Shown piece after piece: positions 43,214 to 53,261 of a stretch of 64,000 nucleotides of DNA. The position numbers were made by a program, and so were the translations under genes. The notes beneath the pieces are model-generated. The model was not told the origin of the DNA and ran no database searches. It saw only the letters and a list, made by a program, of their open reading frames with translations. Position 1 is the first letter of the stretch, and each line of letters starts with the position of its first letter. Origin of the DNA: Chthoniobacterales bacterium (lineage in GTDB: Bacteria > Verrucomicrobiota > Verrucomicrobiia > Chthoniobacterales > Chthoniobacteraceae); assembly GCA_038207335.1 (NCBI GenBank), contig JBBQZX010000003.1, forward strand, positions 217,019-281,018, given 5' to 3'.

Positions 43214-44152
43214 TCAAAATTTTCCCTTCATCGGCCTGCCTGCTGCGGCCCACGAATCGTAGCGCTGCCAGCCCTGGCCGAGCAGTCTTGTGGCGATTCC
43301 GAACCGGTCCTGGTCGCCGAGTACGACGATGTTCAGTCGCCGCGGCGTGATGATGTGGTTGTCACCCTCTTGACGGCTTTCCGGCGCGCGCGCGGCGGAA
43401 ATGATGACGCAGGGCCCTGCCTTTCGCGTGGTGCCGGTCTTCACGCCGTCGATCGAATTCGTGCCGAGCAATTCGTTCGTGTTGTTGAGCATGTATTGCG
43501 ACTGCTCCCCCGTCGGCGACTGCGTGGAAATGCGCCGCTCTTTCTGCGACACGTAAAAACGAAACGCCGACCTGCTCATCGCGTAACGAGTGAGCGCCGC
43601 CATATCCCGCGCGGTGGAGTAGGGGAGGGAGCTCTCCATGTTGTCGAGCCCGTGCGCGTTCAGAAAACGCGTGTGCGTCATGTTGAGTCGGCGGGCGAGC
43701 GCATTCATCTGCGCCACGAAATTATCCACCGCGGAAATCTCGCGTCCGCCGCCACCGAGCGCGCGCCCTACATGATCCGCGAGCGTCTGCGCCGCGCGAT
43801 TGTCGGACTGCATGAGCGCCGCGTAGAGCAGGTCGCGCAGCGAGCAGCGGTCGCCGGGGCGAAGATCAAGCCCGTTGGTACTCAGTGCCTGAGCCGATTC
43901 TGGAACCGTCGCGAGTTGCCCGAGATCGCTCCCTTTCGCATCCGCCCAGTCTAGCACGACCATCGCCGTGGCGATCTTCGTGAGGCTGCCGACTTGCAGC
44001 TTCTTATCCGCGCCGGAGCTCTCGAGCGCGAAGCCGCTGGCATTGTCGGAAATGATGTAAGCCGCCGTCTCCGCACGGCTGTTTTCAGGGATGAGCGCTC
44101 CGGTAATAGCGAGAAGTGCGGCGCAGAGCGGGACGAAACGATGGGTAGGCAT
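43214..44152 (-). CDS. D-alanyl-D-alanine carboxypeptidase (S11)
   Basis: SxxK (SLTK), SxN (SDN) and KTG motifs; signal peptide. Confidence 0.88.
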   Translation of the reverse strand: MPTHRFVPLCAALLAITGALIPENSRAETAAYIISDNASGFALESSGADKKLQVGSLTKIATAMVVLDWADAKGSDLGQLATVPESAQALSTNGLDLRPGDRCSLRDLLYAALMQSDNRAAQTLADHVGRALGGGGREISAVDNFVAQMNALARRLNMTHTRFLNAHGLDNMESSLPYSTARDMAALTRYAMSRSAFRFYVSQKERRISTQSPTGEQSQYMLNNTNELLGTNSIDGVKTGTTRKAGPCVIISAARAPESRQEGDNHIITPRRLNIVVLGDQDRFGIATRLLGQGWQRYDSWAAAGRPMKGKF

Positions 44153-44228
44153 ACGGGTGGAGAAAAGCGCGGAGCGTATCGGTCGGCGCGCGAAAGGCAA
44201 TGCCGCCGGCGACCTCCGCGGTGAAAAC

Positions 44229-44930
44229 TCAAGCGCGCGGGCGGCCGCTCTCCTCCCACCACTTCGAGAGTCGCGCAGTCGGCACCGCAGGAATCGCGAG
44301 CCCGGCGTCGGAGTAGTGCGAGGTATCGTTGAAAAGCGTGAGCCGCGCGCGCGTCGGGTCTTTGAAATCGACGATGTTCAGCGCCGCGGGGTTCTGGTCG
44401 AGATTGTCGCGATACCGCCGTGGGTCGAAGCCGAGCAGCGAACTCAGCAGCAGCCTGATTGTCGCCTTATGCGAGACGACGAGCACGTTGTCGCCAGGAT
44501 GCGCTCGCACGATTTCGATCAGCACGGGCAGTGCGCGTGCTGTCACAGCGAGCCCGCTTTCACCGCCCTCCGGTGCGAAAGTGAACGGGTCTTTCTCCCA
44601 ATCCGCCGCCTCGTCTGGAAACTCCGCTTCCACTTCATGCCGCGTCTTTTGCTCCCAACGCCCGTGCGAAATTTCGCGCAGCCCATCGCGCATCTGCACT
44701 GCCAACTCATGCGGTCGCGCGAGGATGGTCGCAGTCTCCCGCGTGCGCCCGAGCGGCGACGCATACACCGCTGCGATTGGCTCGCCACTCAGCCGCAAGG
44801 CAAGTCTGCGAGCCTGCTCGCGGCCTTCGTCGGAAAGCGGCACATCGGTTGCGCCGGCAAAGCGATCCTCCGCCGTGAGCACCGTCGCGCCATGCCGGAT
44901 GAGGAAAATGCGGGTCGTCTGCGAAGACAT
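44229..44930 (-). CDS. histidine phosphatase family protein
   Basis: LIRHG, YASPLGRTRETA, LREISHGRWE, VVSH. Confidence 0.9.
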   Translation of the reverse strand: MSSQTTRIFLIRHGATVLTAEDRFAGATDVPLSDEGREQARRLALRLSGEPIAAVYASPLGRTRETATILARPHELAVQMRDGLREISHGRWEQKTRHEVEAEFPDEAADWEKDPFTFAPEGGESGLAVTARALPVLIEIVRAHPGDNVLVVSHKATIRLLLSSLLGFDPRRYRDNLDQNPAALNIVDFKDPTRARLTLFNDTSHYSDAGLAIPAVPTARLSKWWEESGRPRA

Positions 44931-45190
44931 GCGCCGCACTGCAAAGCCCGCGCCACCGCGACGCAAGCTCTTTTCAAAAAGCGCGCCGGCTCACATCGCA
45001 AACCAGCGCAGGAGCATTGCAGTCGCGACGCCGCCCGCGGCGATTTCGAGCCCGGTCTGGAAGCCGAGCGAGTGGAAGTTGAGTCTGTGGCGCGGAGCGC
45101 GGTGGAGGTGGGGGATTCTCATGATGGCAAAAGTTTAGCACTGCCCATGCCGTCCACGTCCGCGGGCGTGAAAATCACGCCGATTCCCTG

Positions 45191-45478
45191 CTAGAAAATC
45201 TCCGCGTCGTCCGGAAATCCCGAGTCCGTCCGAATCGAATCCAGCCGCCGCCGCTCCCCGCGCTCAGACCCTGGTCCGAGCACCACGCGCGTCACGAGAC
45301 TCACCACCGCCGGTGCCGCCAGCAGCGCGCCGATTCCCAGCAGCGAAGCAGCCGTCGCCTTCTGCTTGGGCCGCCCCAGCCGCCCCGCGATGAGCAGGCC
45401 CACGGCGCAGCCGATGGCGGTTTGCGTGACGGCGAGCAGGCTTGTGCGGACCAGTTCGGAAGGCTTTGAAAGTGGCAT
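45191..45478 (-). CDS. small membrane hypothetical protein
   Basis: Two hydrophobic helices; host-like codons. Confidence 0.65.
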   Translation of the reverse strand: MPLSKPSELVRTSLLAVTQTAIGCAVGLLIAGRLGRPKQKATAASLLGIGALLAAPAVVSLVTRVVLGPGSERGERRRLDSIRTDSGFPDDAEIF

Positions 45479-45593
45479 CGGTGTGTCCGCGACTTGAGCG
45501 TGAATCGCCCGAAAAAGCAAGCCACCCCGCGCTCCATTTCACCCAAACCCGCTTCCCATCCGCGCGCCCGTCCGCTACCACATCCCGCTCTTC

Positions 45594-46655
45594 ATGCCCC
45601 ACCCACTCTACGTCCTCATCCTCGCTGGCGGCAGCGGCGAGCGCTTCTGGCCCCTCAGTCGAAAATCGCGCCCGAAGCAACTCCTCGCGCTCTTCTCCGA
45701 CGAAACCCTCCTCGCGGCCACCCTCCGCCGCCTCGACGGCCTCGTCCCAGTCGAGAATATCCTCATCCTCACCAACTCCGACCAAGCCCCCGCCGTCCGC
45801 CAAATCGCCCCGCAACTGCCGCACGCCAACATCGTCGCGGAGCCCGCCAAGCGCGACACCGCCGCCGCCATCGCCCTCGGCGTCAGTTGGGTCGCAGCGC
45901 GCGACCCCAGCGCCACCATGATCGTCCTCCCCGCCGATCACCTCATCAACGACGTCGCCGCATTCCAAAAAACCCTCCGCGCCGCAGTTGCAGCCGCCGA
46001 GCAAAGCGGCGAAATCGTCACCATCGGCATCAAGCCCACATGGGCCTGTCCCGGCTTCGGCTACATCGAAAAGGGCACCCCATTTTCCAATAGCGAGCCC
46101 CCCGTCTTCGAGGTCGTCTCTTTTCGAGAAAAGCCCAATGCCGACCTCGCCGAGACCTTCCTCCAGCAGGGAGATTTCCGCTGGAATGCCGGCATGTTCA
46201 TCTGGCCCGTCGCCACCATCCGCGCCGCATTCCAGCAGCACGCGCCCGTCCTCGCCGAATTCATCCGCGAGTCCAGCCAGGCCAAAGCCTCCCCCGCATT
46301 TCTCGCAACCGCCTTCCCCGCCCTGCCCAAAATCTCCATCGACTACGCCGTCATGGAAAAAGCCGCGCGCGTCCTCGTCGTCGAGGCCGCGTTCGATTGG
46401 GACGACGTCGGGAGCTGGACCGCCATCGCCAAATACCTCGGCGACCAAGGCTCCGGCAACGTCTCCAACACCGCCCTCCAGACCCTCGACGCCAGCGGCA
46501 ACATCGTCTTCTCCTCGCAGAAATTGCACATCGCCATCGTCGGCGTCAGCGACCTCATCGTCGTCCAGACCCCTGACGCCCTCCTCATCTGCCACCGCCA
46601 CGAGGCCGAGAAAATCAAACAACTCGTGGCCACCGCCCCACCCGCACTGCAATGA
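45594..46655 (+). CDS. manC: mannose-1-phosphate guanylyltransferase
   Basis: ILAGGSGERFWPLSR, EPAKRDTA, FREKP, WNAGMF, ISIDYAVME, WDDVGSW. Confidence 0.92.
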   Translation: MPHPLYVLILAGGSGERFWPLSRKSRPKQLLALFSDETLLAATLRRLDGLVPVENILILTNSDQAPAVRQIAPQLPHANIVAEPAKRDTAAAIALGVSWVAARDPSATMIVLPADHLINDVAAFQKTLRAAVAAAEQSGEIVTIGIKPTWACPGFGYIEKGTPFSNSEPPVFEVVSFREKPNADLAETFLQQGDFRWNAGMFIWPVATIRAAFQQHAPVLAEFIRESSQAKASPAFLATAFPALPKISIDYAVMEKAARVLVVEAAFDWDDVGSWTAIAKYLGDQGSGNVSNTALQTLDASGNIVFSSQKLHIAIVGVSDLIVVQTPDALLICHRHEAEKIKQLVATAPPALQ

Positions 46656-46692
46656 GCCCTCTCCCATCTTCCACCACCGCAAAACTCTCCCA

Positions 46693-47118
46693 ATGACCCG
46701 CGCACTCGGCATCGACCTCGGCGAAGCACGCATCGGCCTCGCCATCTCCGACGAACTCGGAATGCTCGCCCACCCGCTCGAAACCATCCACGTCAAGGAC
46801 GTCCGCGACACCGTCGGCCGCATCGCTGACATCGCCGCGCGCGACAAAATCGGCACCCTCGTCCTCGGCATGCCGCGCAACATGGATGGCACCTACGGCC
46901 CCGCCGCCGACAAAGCGCGAGCCTACGCCGAGCAGCTCAAAACCCGCCTCCCCGACTGCCCCGTCAAATTCTGGGACGAGCGCCTCACCTCCGTCGCCGC
47001 CCAGCGCATCCTCCACGAAAATGGCCGCAACGTGAAACAGAGCCGCGCCATCATCGACCAGGTCGCCGCCCAGATGATCCTGCAAGGCTGGCTCGACTCC
47101 CAGGCCATGCTCGGCTGA
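46693..47118 (+). CDS. ruvX: YqgF/RuvX pre-16S rRNA nuclease
   Basis: ALGIDLGEARIGLAISD, VLGMP, WDERLTS, IDQVAA. Confidence 0.92.
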   Translation: MTRALGIDLGEARIGLAISDELGMLAHPLETIHVKDVRDTVGRIADIAARDKIGTLVLGMPRNMDGTYGPAADKARAYAEQLKTRLPDCPVKFWDERLTSVAAQRILHENGRNVKQSRAIIDQVAAQMILQGWLDSQAMLG

Positions 47119-47121
47119 GCC

Positions 47122-47859
47122 GTGCGCCTCAAGCTCCTCATCGCCTACGACGGCGCGCCCTTCCGCGGCTGGCAGAGCCAGACCACCGGCGATGCCGTGC
47201 AAGATCACATCGAGCAGGCCTTCACGCGCCTCTGCGGCCACCGCATCGTCGTCCACGGAGCCGGTCGCACCGACGCCGGAGTCCACGCCCACGGCCAAAT
47301 CGCCCACGCCGACATCGCCGCCGACACACTCCCATTCGACAAGTGGCTCCCCGCGCTCAACGCCCACCTCCCGCGCCAAATCCGCATCATGCGCATCACG
47401 CGCCCGCCTGCCGACTTCCACGCCCGCTTCGCCGCCCGCGGCAAAATCTACACCTACCGCATCTGGAACGACGTCGTCCTTCCTCCCCACGAGCTCGGCC
47501 GCGCCTGGCACTTCACCCACCCCATCGCCCTGCCCCTCCTCGCCGACTGCGCCCGCATGGTCCAGGGCACCCACGACTTCGCCGGCTTCGCCGCAAATCT
47601 CGGCAAAACCGAGCGCGACACCACCCGCACCCTCTCCGAAGTCCGCATCCGCAAAACAGGCCCCCTCCTCACCCTCCGTTTCCACGGCGACGGCTTCCTC
47701 TATAAAATGGTGCGCCTCCTCACCGGCACCCTCATCCGCTGCGCCGAAGGCCGCGCCGACCCCGCATGGATCACCGAACTTCTCACCGCCTGCGGCCGCA
47801 AAAAAACCAGCTTCGCCGCCCCCGCCCCCGGCCTCTACCTCACCCGCGTCCTCTACTGA
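47122..47859 (+). CDS. truA: tRNA pseudouridine(38-40) synthase
   Basis: AYDGAPFRGWQ, GAGRTDAGVHA, FHARF, GFLYKMVR, APAPGLYL. Confidence 0.95.
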   Translation: MRLKLLIAYDGAPFRGWQSQTTGDAVQDHIEQAFTRLCGHRIVVHGAGRTDAGVHAHGQIAHADIAADTLPFDKWLPALNAHLPRQIRIMRITRPPADFHARFAARGKIYTYRIWNDVVLPPHELGRAWHFTHPIALPLLADCARMVQGTHDFAGFAANLGKTERDTTRTLSEVRIRKTGPLLTLRFHGDGFLYKMVRLLTGTLIRCAEGRADPAWITELLTACGRKKTSFAAPAPGLYLTRVLY

Positions 47860-47907
47860 TCCCCCGCCCCTCCCGGTTCTGCATCGTATGCAGAAATGCA
47901 GCGGTGG

Positions 47908-47957
47908 TAGCAGCTACCGTGACGCCCGGAGCAGTTCGCTGCAGCGCGTGGTTAGGC
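47908..47957 (-). repeat. truncated attC site (left half only)
   Basis: Minus strand GCCTAACCACGCGCTGCAGCGAACTGCTCCGGGCGTCACGGTAGCTGCTA matches 63739-63788 (attC2) at 46/50 positions. Confidence 0.85.
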
Positions 47958-47970
47958 GTTGCGACTATGA

Positions 47971-48534
47971 TCATTTGGCGTCCGCAAACGTCACTATCAG
48001 CTCGCACGCATCAATGCCCTCCTCGCCGAGATTGATCTTGGCTGCCGCTCCAAGAGAGGCGCGTCCTGCAAACTTGCACTCGCGTTCGATGAAGGTAGTA
48101 GCTGTCAGCGTCGCGCCGCCCGCTACAACCTTTTCCGGCGTCGAGCTAGACGCCAGGCGCGTAACTAGGCATCGGCCCACAAAGGCGATTTGCTCACCCT
48201 CACGAGTTGGAGTAAGCTCTATCTCCAGTCCAGTGTTACGGATTTCACGGTCCTTCGGTTTGACTGCGGCATGTGAGCCTTTGGTAAACTCCAAAGCGGT
48301 GGGATAGGTGAAATCGCCGTTGAGTTGAATGACGCACTTTTGTCCATCCCCAGTGGTCATTATGATGGGCTTGATGGAATCGTCTCCGGTGAGTTCAATT
48401 TTGGCGGGTGCGGTCTTGGATCGTGTCGTCTCGCGCAGCGGCGAACCGGAACACTGCACAGTGAACTCGATCGGTTCTGCAAACGAGGGGGTTGCCAGCG
48501 CGAAAAGGAGGCAAAGAGCGAGTGTTAGTTTCAT
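47971..48534 (-). CDS. secreted hypothetical protein in an orphan integron cassette
   Basis: Signal peptide MKLTLALCLLFALA; lower GC; bounded on the minus strand by GTTAGGC (48582-48576) and GCCTAAC (47957-47951). Confidence 0.8.
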   Translation of the reverse strand: MKLTLALCLLFALATPSFAEPIEFTVQCSGSPLRETTRSKTAPAKIELTGDDSIKPIIMTTGDGQKCVIQLNGDFTYPTALEFTKGSHAAVKPKDREIRNTGLEIELTPTREGEQIAFVGRCLVTRLASSSTPEKVVAGGATLTATTFIERECKFAGRASLGAAAKINLGEEGIDACELIVTFADAK

Positions 48535-48745
48535 AATGTGATTTGAGTTGGTGGATTGGGGAAGACGCTAGCAACGCCTAACTCTGAATCAGACAAAACC
48601 CTTTCGCAGGTAAAGGCGAAATGATTTCGTCGATTTCGGTGGTTGGCATGAGGTGGGAGGTTTTTTCCTGCGCCGGGGTGTGACCGGTGGGGGGGGGATG
48701 GGTTTTTTTGGGCGGGTAGTGGCTCAGTTTGGGAAAAGATGAGAT

Positions 48746-48796
48746 TGTAGGGCGACCGCATCGGTTGCCCGGGGCAGGCGGAGCGCCCGCCCTACA
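48746..48796. repeat. REP-like inverted doublet (GTAG family)
   Basis: TGTAGGGCG...CGCCCTACA termini with internal GC-rich palindromes. Confidence 0.6.
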
Positions 48797-49224
48797 AGAG
48801 GGGCCCGAAAAGTGGCGATTTTTGCGCAAGGAGTCTTTGAAAAATGGTTTTGCAGATACTCCCAGCCATTTTTCATATACGCGGAGCGGCTCCGCAGGCC
48901 GGCCCAGCCGCTACGCTGGAATGCGAAACGGCTTTCCCGGCAAGCCCCGCCATTTTGCTGGCTAGCGGCGAGGCTTGCCCCTGTCCGTCCAGCCATTTTT
49001 CCTATACGCGGAGCGACTTCGCCGGAGGTCCCAGCCCTTTCGCCGACACGCGGAGTGGCTGGGTGGATGGGCCCGGCGGCTGGCTCCAAAGGCCCGAAGA
49101 CGGCGCTTTTCCTCCCAATGACCCGCGGCTCGGATTCGTAGGGGAGAGGTTCGCTCACGGGAGCCGTGGTAGGGATTGCGCGGAGGATCTCAAGGCCGCG
49201 GGCACAGGGGTCGTGGCTCCGTTT

Positions 49225-49280
49225 TGTAGGACGGCGATCTTCGCCGCCCGGAGCCCAGGCGGCCAAATGGCCGCCCTACA
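49225..49280. repeat. REP-like inverted doublet (GTAG family)
   Basis: TGTAGGACGGCG...GGCCGCCCTACA termini with internal palindromes. Confidence 0.55.
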
Positions 49281-49301
49281 AACGCAAAAGTGAGCAGTCC
49301 T

Positions 49302-49859
49302 TTACTGCGCGGGTGCGGGGGCGGTCGCGGGAGCGGTCTTCGGCTTCACGACGACGGCGTATTTTTCGTACGAGAAGGTGACGCCGGCGAGGCCGCCGAC
49401 GTAGCGCAGGACTTCGGTGAGGGGGGTGTTCGTGAGGCTAAGGGTGATGGTGGTGTTGGTGGCGGTTTCCGCCGGGATCTGGAGGACGAAGTTGATCGGG
49501 ATTTTGCCGTCGGTCGCCTTGGCGGTCTGCTGTTTGATGAACTCGAGCGCGGAGCCGAGTGTGGCGTCGGTGAATCTGATCTGCGGGATGATGACGCCCG
49601 CGAATTGGGTCTCCTGTTTTGCGCCGCCGTCGGCTTTCGGCATCTGCGCCTTCAGCCGGCGGAGGAAGGTGATGGCGGTCTGGTTGTGCGAGTCGAGCTG
49701 ATAGACGAGCTCGAAGTTTTGCTTCGCGGTGACGAGGTCGCCGCGCTGATACGCGGCCTGCGCGGTGGTGAGGATTTCGGCGACGGAATCGGCAAACGCG
49801 GGCGCTGCGAGGAGGGCGAGGCAGGAGCCGGCGAGGAGGAATCGGGGGAGGGATTTCAT
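49302..49859 (-). CDS. secreted protein with TPR-like helix pair and STN/secretin-N-like domain
   Basis: Signal peptide; AQAAYQRGDLVTAK; IPQIRFTDATL...ITLSLTNTPLTEVLRYV. Confidence 0.7.
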   Translation of the reverse strand: MKSLPRFLLAGSCLALLAAPAFADSVAEILTTAQAAYQRGDLVTAKQNFELVYQLDSHNQTAITFLRRLKAQMPKADGGAKQETQFAGVIIPQIRFTDATLGSALEFIKQQTAKATDGKIPINFVLQIPAETATNTTITLSLTNTPLTEVLRYVGGLAGVTFSYEKYAVVVKPKTAPATAPAPAQ

Positions 49860-49948
49860 ACGGTGAATGTGGGCGAGATTTCGCGGATGTCACGCTGGCG
49901 TCGCGCTGCTTGCGGGCGCGCGCTTTCCCCGCCAGCCTCTCGCGCTCG

Positions 49949-50827
49949 ATGCATCTCCCGCTGCCGATCCTCGTCCCGCTCGCGTCGGCATTTTTCTATG
50001 CGGTCGCGGCGCTGATGCTGAAGCGCGCGACGGAGCGCGGCATCGGCCCGTGGCGCGTGTCGTTCGTCACGAATTGCATCGAGGCGGTGATCTTCGCGCC
50101 GCTCTGGCTGCTCGGTGGCGCGCCGTTTTCGTGGCTGAATCTCGCGCACGCAGCGGTCTGCGGACTGGCGTTTTTCTCCGGCCAGATTTTCACATTCCTC
50201 GCGCTGAATCGCGGCGATGTCTCGGTGGCCACGCCGGTGCTCGGGACGAAGGTGATCTTCGTCGCGCTCTTCGCGGTGGTGCTGGGCTCGGAGCATCTCA
50301 CCGCCGGGCTCTGGCTCGCCGCACTGCTCACTGCGATCGCCACCGCGCTGCTCGGCACGGGCGGCGCGCGCCCGCGGCATTCGATCGGAATCAGCCTGGC
50401 ATTCGGCTTCAGTGCCGCCGCGTCGTATGCGCTCACGGATGTGCTCGCGCAGAAGTGGGCGCCCGCGTGGGGCTTCGGGCATTTCGCGCCCGCGATGTTC
50501 GGCTCCGTCGCGATTTTCTCCCTCACGCTCATCCCATTTTTCCGCGGAAAGATGAGCGAACTCCCGTGGCGCTGGCTCACTCCCGGCGCGGCGCTGCTCG
50601 GCGTGCAGGCGCTCGGGATCGCTTATTCCGTCATGGTCTTCGGCTCCGCGACCACGACGAATGTCGTGTACAATTCGCGCGGCATCTGGACGGTGCTGCT
50701 CGTCTGGTGCGTCGGCCATTGGTTCGCGAATTTCGAGCGCGCGCAAGGCACCCGCGTCATGCTCCGCCGCCTCGCTGCCTCGCTCCTGCTCCTCGCCGCG
50801 ATCGCCCTCGCCGCGTGGGCGCGCTAG
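49949..50827 (+). CDS. DMT/EamA family transporter
   Basis: About 10 TM helices in two halves; [17 protein letters not shown]. Confidence 0.8.
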   Translation: MHLPLPILVPLASAFFYAVAALMLKRATERGIGPWRVSFVTNCIEAVIFAPLWLLGGAPFSWLNLAHAAVCGLAFFSGQIFTFLALNRGDVSVATPVLGTKVIFVALFAVVLGSEHLTAGLWLAALLTAIATALLGTGGARPRHSIGISLAFGFSAAASYALTDVLAQKWAPAWGFGHFAPAMFGSVAIFSLTLIPFFRGKMSELPWRWLTPGAALLGVQALGIAYSVMVFGSATTTNVVYNSRGIWTVLLVWCVGHWFANFERAQGTRVMLRRLAASLLLLAAIALAAWAR

Positions 50828-51552
50828 TACTTCGGATTGTCCAGCAGGTCGAGTCGGGCCGCGTGGAAATCGTAAAACAGCGCGTTGCGGAAATCGCCAT
50901 GCACCGGCTTCTTGGCAAGCGTCGCCGCAAATCCCGGTGTCTTCGCCGGCGGCAGAAAACCTTCCTGATCCGCGTCCTTGATCGCCCAAATCCGCGACAG
51001 AGCAATCGGATCATCCGCTCCGATCGACTTATCCGCATCCCGACGCGACATGCTCGCGAGCACGCTCAATCTCACCGGCTCCGTCTGCTGATCGATGTCG
51101 CCCCAAGGCACTTGTCTGGCGGAGGTCGGGTCTATGACATTCTCGAAATTCATAACGAATACGGGCACGTCCTGAGCCTTCATGACGTGCCCCCACGATG
51201 GGCAGAAGAACGCGGTCTTCTTTGCACTCTTCGCGTCTTTCGACGGGTCCAGCGCATTCGTGGAAAGATATTTTTCCAGCTTCTCCGCAAGCGCTCCGGG
51301 CTGTGCGGCGGTCCAGGTCGAGAACTGGCCCTGCGAGAGCGGCCCGGGCAGCATGCTGTCGTGATCGTTGCAGTAGCTCGCAATGCCGGTGCCGATCTGG
51401 CGGAGGTTCGAGAGGCACGTCGTCGCATCCGCGCCGTCGCGCACTTTGCTCATGACGGGCAGCGCGAGCGCGGCGAGGAGCGCGATGATGCCGATCACGA
51501 CGAGGAGCTCGATCAGCGTGAAAGCCGCGCTGGCCGGAGAACGCAATTTCAT
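50824..51552 (-). CDS. prepilin-type N-terminal cleavage/methylation protein (PVC H-X9-DG-like)
   Basis: [45 protein letters not shown]. Confidence 0.88.
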   Translation of the reverse strand: MKLRSPASAAFTLIELLVVIGIIALLAALALPVMSKVRDGADATTCLSNLRQIGTGIASYCNDHDSMLPGPLSQGQFSTWTAAQPGALAEKLEKYLSTNALDPSKDAKSAKKTAFFCPSWGHVMKAQDVPVFVMNFENVIDPTSARQVPWGDIDQQTEPVRLSVLASMSRRDADKSIGADDPIALSRIWAIKDADQEGFLPPAKTPGFAATLAKKPVHGDFRNALFYDFHAARLDLLDNPKY

Positions 51553-51695
51553 GCGCTCACGCAACGCGCGAAGTGGTGCGGAGTAAAGCCTTCGTTCGCG
51601 TGACGAACGTGAAAATTGCGTGACAGGCCAGAGCCGCAGACGCGCGGAAATTTCGGTGGAAATCGTTTGCCGCATCGCTATAAAGCACGCCTCCC

Positions 51696-51770
51696 GCGCG
51701 GTTAGCTCAGTGGTAGAGCATTGCCTTCACACGGCAGGGGTCGCAGGTTCGAAACCTGCACCGCGCACCA
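51696..51770 (+). tRNA. tRNA-Val(CAC)
   Basis: Cloverleaf: GCGCGGT/ACCGCGC acceptor stem, D arm GCTC/GAGC, anticodon loop TTCACAC, T loop TTCGAAA, 3' ACCA. Confidence 0.97.
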
Positions 51771-51886
51771 TTTCAATTACTCTGAAAGGGGCTTGCTTGC
51801 TTGATTTGCTGGCAATGGGCGTGAATTCGAATGAGTGCTCATGACAACGCGAAATTACGGGTTTCGGTTGCAAAAAGTGGCAATCG

Positions 51887-53032
51887 TTGCCATTTTCCCA
51901 CGTGGCCAAAAATCAATATCGAATCCGCCGATATTCGCACGAACGTCTGAAATTTGTCGTGACCACAAACATTTCAGGCCGACGACAACGAAAATTCTTT
52001 GAGACGGAGCGTGAGGCCAAAACTTTCGTAAAACTCAAGGAGGTCGAATTGCTCAACCAAGGTGTCGAAGGCGCGAGTTTTTCATCCGACCTACGCGTTT
52101 TGGCTCAGCGCGCGGCCGACATTCTCCAGCCATTCAAGAAGACGGTGCTTGACGCTGCTGAATTTTATGTGCGCCATCTACAGGCGATTTCGGGCAGCCA
52201 AAAGGTTTCAGAAGTTGTCGCCGAATTCCGCGCTGACAAGTCTGCGGATGGGCTGAGCAAAGATTATCTCGATGATCTGAAGTCACGGCTCGGATCATTC
52301 ACGAGAACGTTTGGAGACCGGGTGATCGCAGACGTTTCCGCAAAAGAAATATCGGTTTGGCTGCGGGCATCGGGAGTAGGTGCTGTTTCGCGAAACACCG
52401 TGCGGAGCAGATTGGCGTCGCTGTTCAGTTTTGCGAAACGGCGTGGCTATGCTCCGGCCAATGTGATTCTTGACGTGGAACGTGCTAAGGAGCGCGGCGG
52501 CGAGATCGGAATTTTGTCTGTCGCGGAGACGGCTCGACTCCTTGATTCGGCTCATGCGGAAACGTTGCCATATTGGGTGATCGGCGCATTCGCAGGATTG
52601 CGTAGTGCCGAAATTGAAAGACTCGACTGGGGTGAAATTGATTTCCATTCGCACTTGATCGAGGTGAAGGCCGCGAAAGCGAAAACTGCGAGCCGCCGGT
52701 TGATTCAGATGCAGCCGAATCTCATTCTGTGGCTCGCCCGGTATCGCAATCGCAGTGGACGGATCTCTCCAGTCGGACTTCGCAAGCGGCTTGAGGCGGA
52801 CCGAGCACGAGCCAACCTGCTCAATGGCTGGCCGTCGAATGCACTTCGACATTCGTTCGGATCCTACCACCTCGCGCAGTTCAAAGATGCGGCAGCGCTC
52901 GCTCTTCAAATGGGAAACTCGCCAGCGATGATTTTCAAACACTACCGAGAGATCGTGAAGCCGAAGGACGCCGCGCGCTACTGGCAGATCATGCCGAGTG
53001 CGCCGACGGAGAAGATCGTGGCGTTCGCTTGA
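51887..53032 (+). CDS. tyrosine recombinase / phage-type integrase
   Basis: FAGLRSAEI (R), NALRHSFGSYH, MGNSPAMIFKHY (Y); start may be GTG 51902. Confidence 0.92.
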   Translation: MPFSHVAKNQYRIRRYSHERLKFVVTTNISGRRQRKFFETEREAKTFVKLKEVELLNQGVEGASFSSDLRVLAQRAADILQPFKKTVLDAAEFYVRHLQAISGSQKVSEVVAEFRADKSADGLSKDYLDDLKSRLGSFTRTFGDRVIADVSAKEISVWLRASGVGAVSRNTVRSRLASLFSFAKRRGYAPANVILDVERAKERGGEIGILSVAETARLLDSAHAETLPYWVIGAFAGLRSAEIERLDWGEIDFHSHLIEVKAAKAKTASRRLIQMQPNLILWLARYRNRSGRISPVGLRKRLEADRARANLLNGWPSNALRHSFGSYHLAQFKDAAALALQMGNSPAMIFKHYREIVKPKDAARYWQIMPSAPTEKIVAFA

Positions 53033-53061
53033 CCAGACGCGGAGCAAATGGCGTCGTGCGG

Positions 53062-53256
53062 TTACTGCCCCACCGCTTTGTGCTCAAACTTCTGGAGAGC
53101 GATCTTCACCTTCTCCCAGTCAAAGCGCACGGTCTTCGCTCCAAATTTCAAGAACGGGATCATGCGCCGTCGCATCATCTCATCGACCATCCGGGTGGAC
53201 GGCAGATTGAGGCGCGCGCGCAACTCTTCTTTGGTCAGGTAGTCGTCAGCGTGCAT
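53062..53256 (-). CDS. excisionase-like HTH protein
   Basis: YLTKEELRARLNLPSTRMVDEMMRRRMIPFLKFGAKTVRFD; convergent with the integrase. Confidence 0.8.
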   Translation of the reverse strand: MHADDYLTKEELRARLNLPSTRMVDEMMRRRMIPFLKFGAKTVRFDWEKVKIALQKFEHKAVGQ

Positions 53257-53261
53257 CAGCG

